Assembly: GCF_964194155.1 (NCBI RefSeq)
Contig: NC_135887.1
Coordinates: 8,184,001 to 8,248,000, forward strand
Reading direction: 5' to 3'
Length of the DNA: 64,000 nucleotides
Origin: Cetorhinus maximus
Taxonomy: Eukaryota
The translations under genes were made by a program, and so were the position numbers. Each line of letters begins with the position of its first letter. The stretch's first letter is position 1. Shown here in pieces: positions 62,101-64,000 of the stretch. The notes below the pieces were generated by a model. The model saw nothing but the letters and a program-made list of their open reading frames with translations, did no database searches and had not been told where the DNA came from.

Positions 62101-64000
62101 ACTGAACCATAGTTAATGCACATAAAAAAAAACACAACTGCCATCCAAACAGTTCATATTGCAGACAAAAACCAATCACTGTTGTTGGATTTAATGCACT
62201 GTGTAGCTGTGCTGATGATGGTACAGGGAATAAATGATACCAGTAATAACTACAAAACCAGATGCCTCACAGCTCAGCTGATCCAAAGATGATCAGTATG
62301 TGCCAGGGTTCATATCACTCCTCATAAAGATCTTGTGGCAAAGTTCTCTCTCAGTTGGATAGCCTGCCAATGCTGAATGTCAAGGCAGATACATGGAAAA
62401 TTGCCATGGGCACTGTTATTGCTCTTCACATTGAGGAAATAAACACAATAGTTTCTACAAGTATGATCTTTACAATGAAGTAATGAAGCATTACTGTTGA
62501 GTGACCTGCTGAGAGGTGCATGATAGCAGCTTGTCAACAACTCTCCATCTGGGTTTTCTACCTTCTTTGAGGATGCAGCATCCTTGTTGATCAAGCCTAA
62601 TGTTCCTTACCCAGGAACCCTTGCTCAAAAGTTTGGTAATTATTATTTAACTAGAGAATACATCTGGACCGTTTATTACCTTGGAACAAAAACGGAGCAT
62701 ATTGAGCTGATGTCCCATCAGTCAATTGCAATCCACTGCTGAGAGTGAAGTCTGCAAACTCAGTTAAACGTTTAGCGCATCCTTACTGACAAAGCACAAA
62801 ATGGGTTAAAAATTCAAAACTAGTGAGTCTTACTCAGAATGAATGTGGCTCAGTAGCAGTAATTTCCACCACAATTCTATCTGACCACTTTAGGGACCAG
62901 TTATAGAATGGTGACTGAAACCTGGCTAGGATTAACCTTAAGTGGATATTTTCCAAGGGCCCAACTCCCCTCTTACCAAGGATTATTAAACTGATATCTT
63001 GCCAATTGGCTTGTGTTCAGGGAGGCTCAGTTCTCAAATCTCTGAAATGTCTCTCGGCATTGGCTGCCGGTATAAACCTATGCTGCAGCGTGAATTTTTG
63101 TCCAGTGGTTATTTGGTATTTTTGATCACCCGATCCTTAAGTGTTCCATGACCTTTTCCCTTGGCCACTCAGTTGTGGATCTGAGGTCGCAGAATCTACC
63201 TCTGGTCATCCCTCCGGTTCAAAACCTGGTAAAAGTGTCCTTCAGGACATGTCAATGCACACCAGAGTACGCCTTTTAAATTAGCAAAAGTTGTGAATCT
63301 ATTGCAGTACAGGACATCTCCTTACAGCTCCCTTTGCTGACCACAGAGACCATACTGTGCAATTTACTGCAAATCCATGGACAATTCCATACATATTTAC
63401 ATAGTATTTTATGAGAACCTTTCTGATTACAGATTTCTTAGGTCCTACTTGCACAGGCATCAGAAGAACAGCAAAGAAAAGTAGCTACCATTCACAGACA
63501 CCATTTTCCTCCTAGTAGTTAAACCAGAGGAAGCTTATTATTATTTTGCAGGTATGTTGTCCTTTTTTCCCCTGATTTTCTCCCCTTTCTATTGTAGGTG
63601 GGAAGGGGGAGAATGGCCAGGCACAAACTTCTCCCACATGGCTATCTGCTAGTTAGCAGTTATCAGGAGACACCTAATAGCAGCCTGGTTAAAAACTCTC
63701 CATTCAACTTTGCCTGGCCCCGAGGGAGACCTTGTGGTGTGGGCACAGGGTGAGCCTGTGTCCTAACCCTGCTTGGTGCAGTGCCCTGATACTCCAGTGT
63801 CACACAGCCCTGCACACGCCCCCAAGAGAACTCTAATATTAAAGCCACATGTCAGTCCTACATATGGTCACTGATCAAGTAACATCCCTTTTTTTTTTGT
63901 CTGCTTTTGTTGACTTGAGAAATTGTTTAAATGATGATCACATCGTCGAGGGAACTAGTTTTAAGGGAAGTGCAGGCCCTGCCAGAAATAGACAGAAAAC

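Overview
This window is eukaryotic DNA, not prokaryotic. It is intronic sequence of a vertebrate, most likely a shark or ray, judging from the CR1/HER1-like LINEs, Deu-domain SINEs and abundant Penelope and Harbinger elements. The only host coding sequence I can support is two + strand exons of a type I coronin, most like CORO6 (43737-43866 and 56528-56709). They are separated by a 12.7 kb intron, with more than 43 kb upstream in which I recognise no coronin exon. The rest is a nested transposon landscape: two decayed PIF/Harbinger elements (one a two-gene transposase + spliced Myb/SANT element), two young Harbinger-type MITEs with 3-bp TSDs, a Gypsy LTR retrotransposon with both LTRs, PBS, PPT and a 5-bp TSD, several solo-LTR-like elements, two Penelope families, CR1, L2 and Vingi LINE fragments, and several SINE families. 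There are two main leads. First, a CR1/L2-group LINE appears to carry a tRNA-derived Pol III head, and the local SINE family looks like its internal-deletion derivative (same head, same tail). Second, the Penelope termini carry minimal type I hammerhead ribozyme motifs, with stem II covariation, palindromic stem III, a variant core position, and a 71-bp fold-back copy at an RT deletion inside the Gypsy element. Family names come from recognising motifs by eye, not from database searches, and boundaries without a TSD are approximate.
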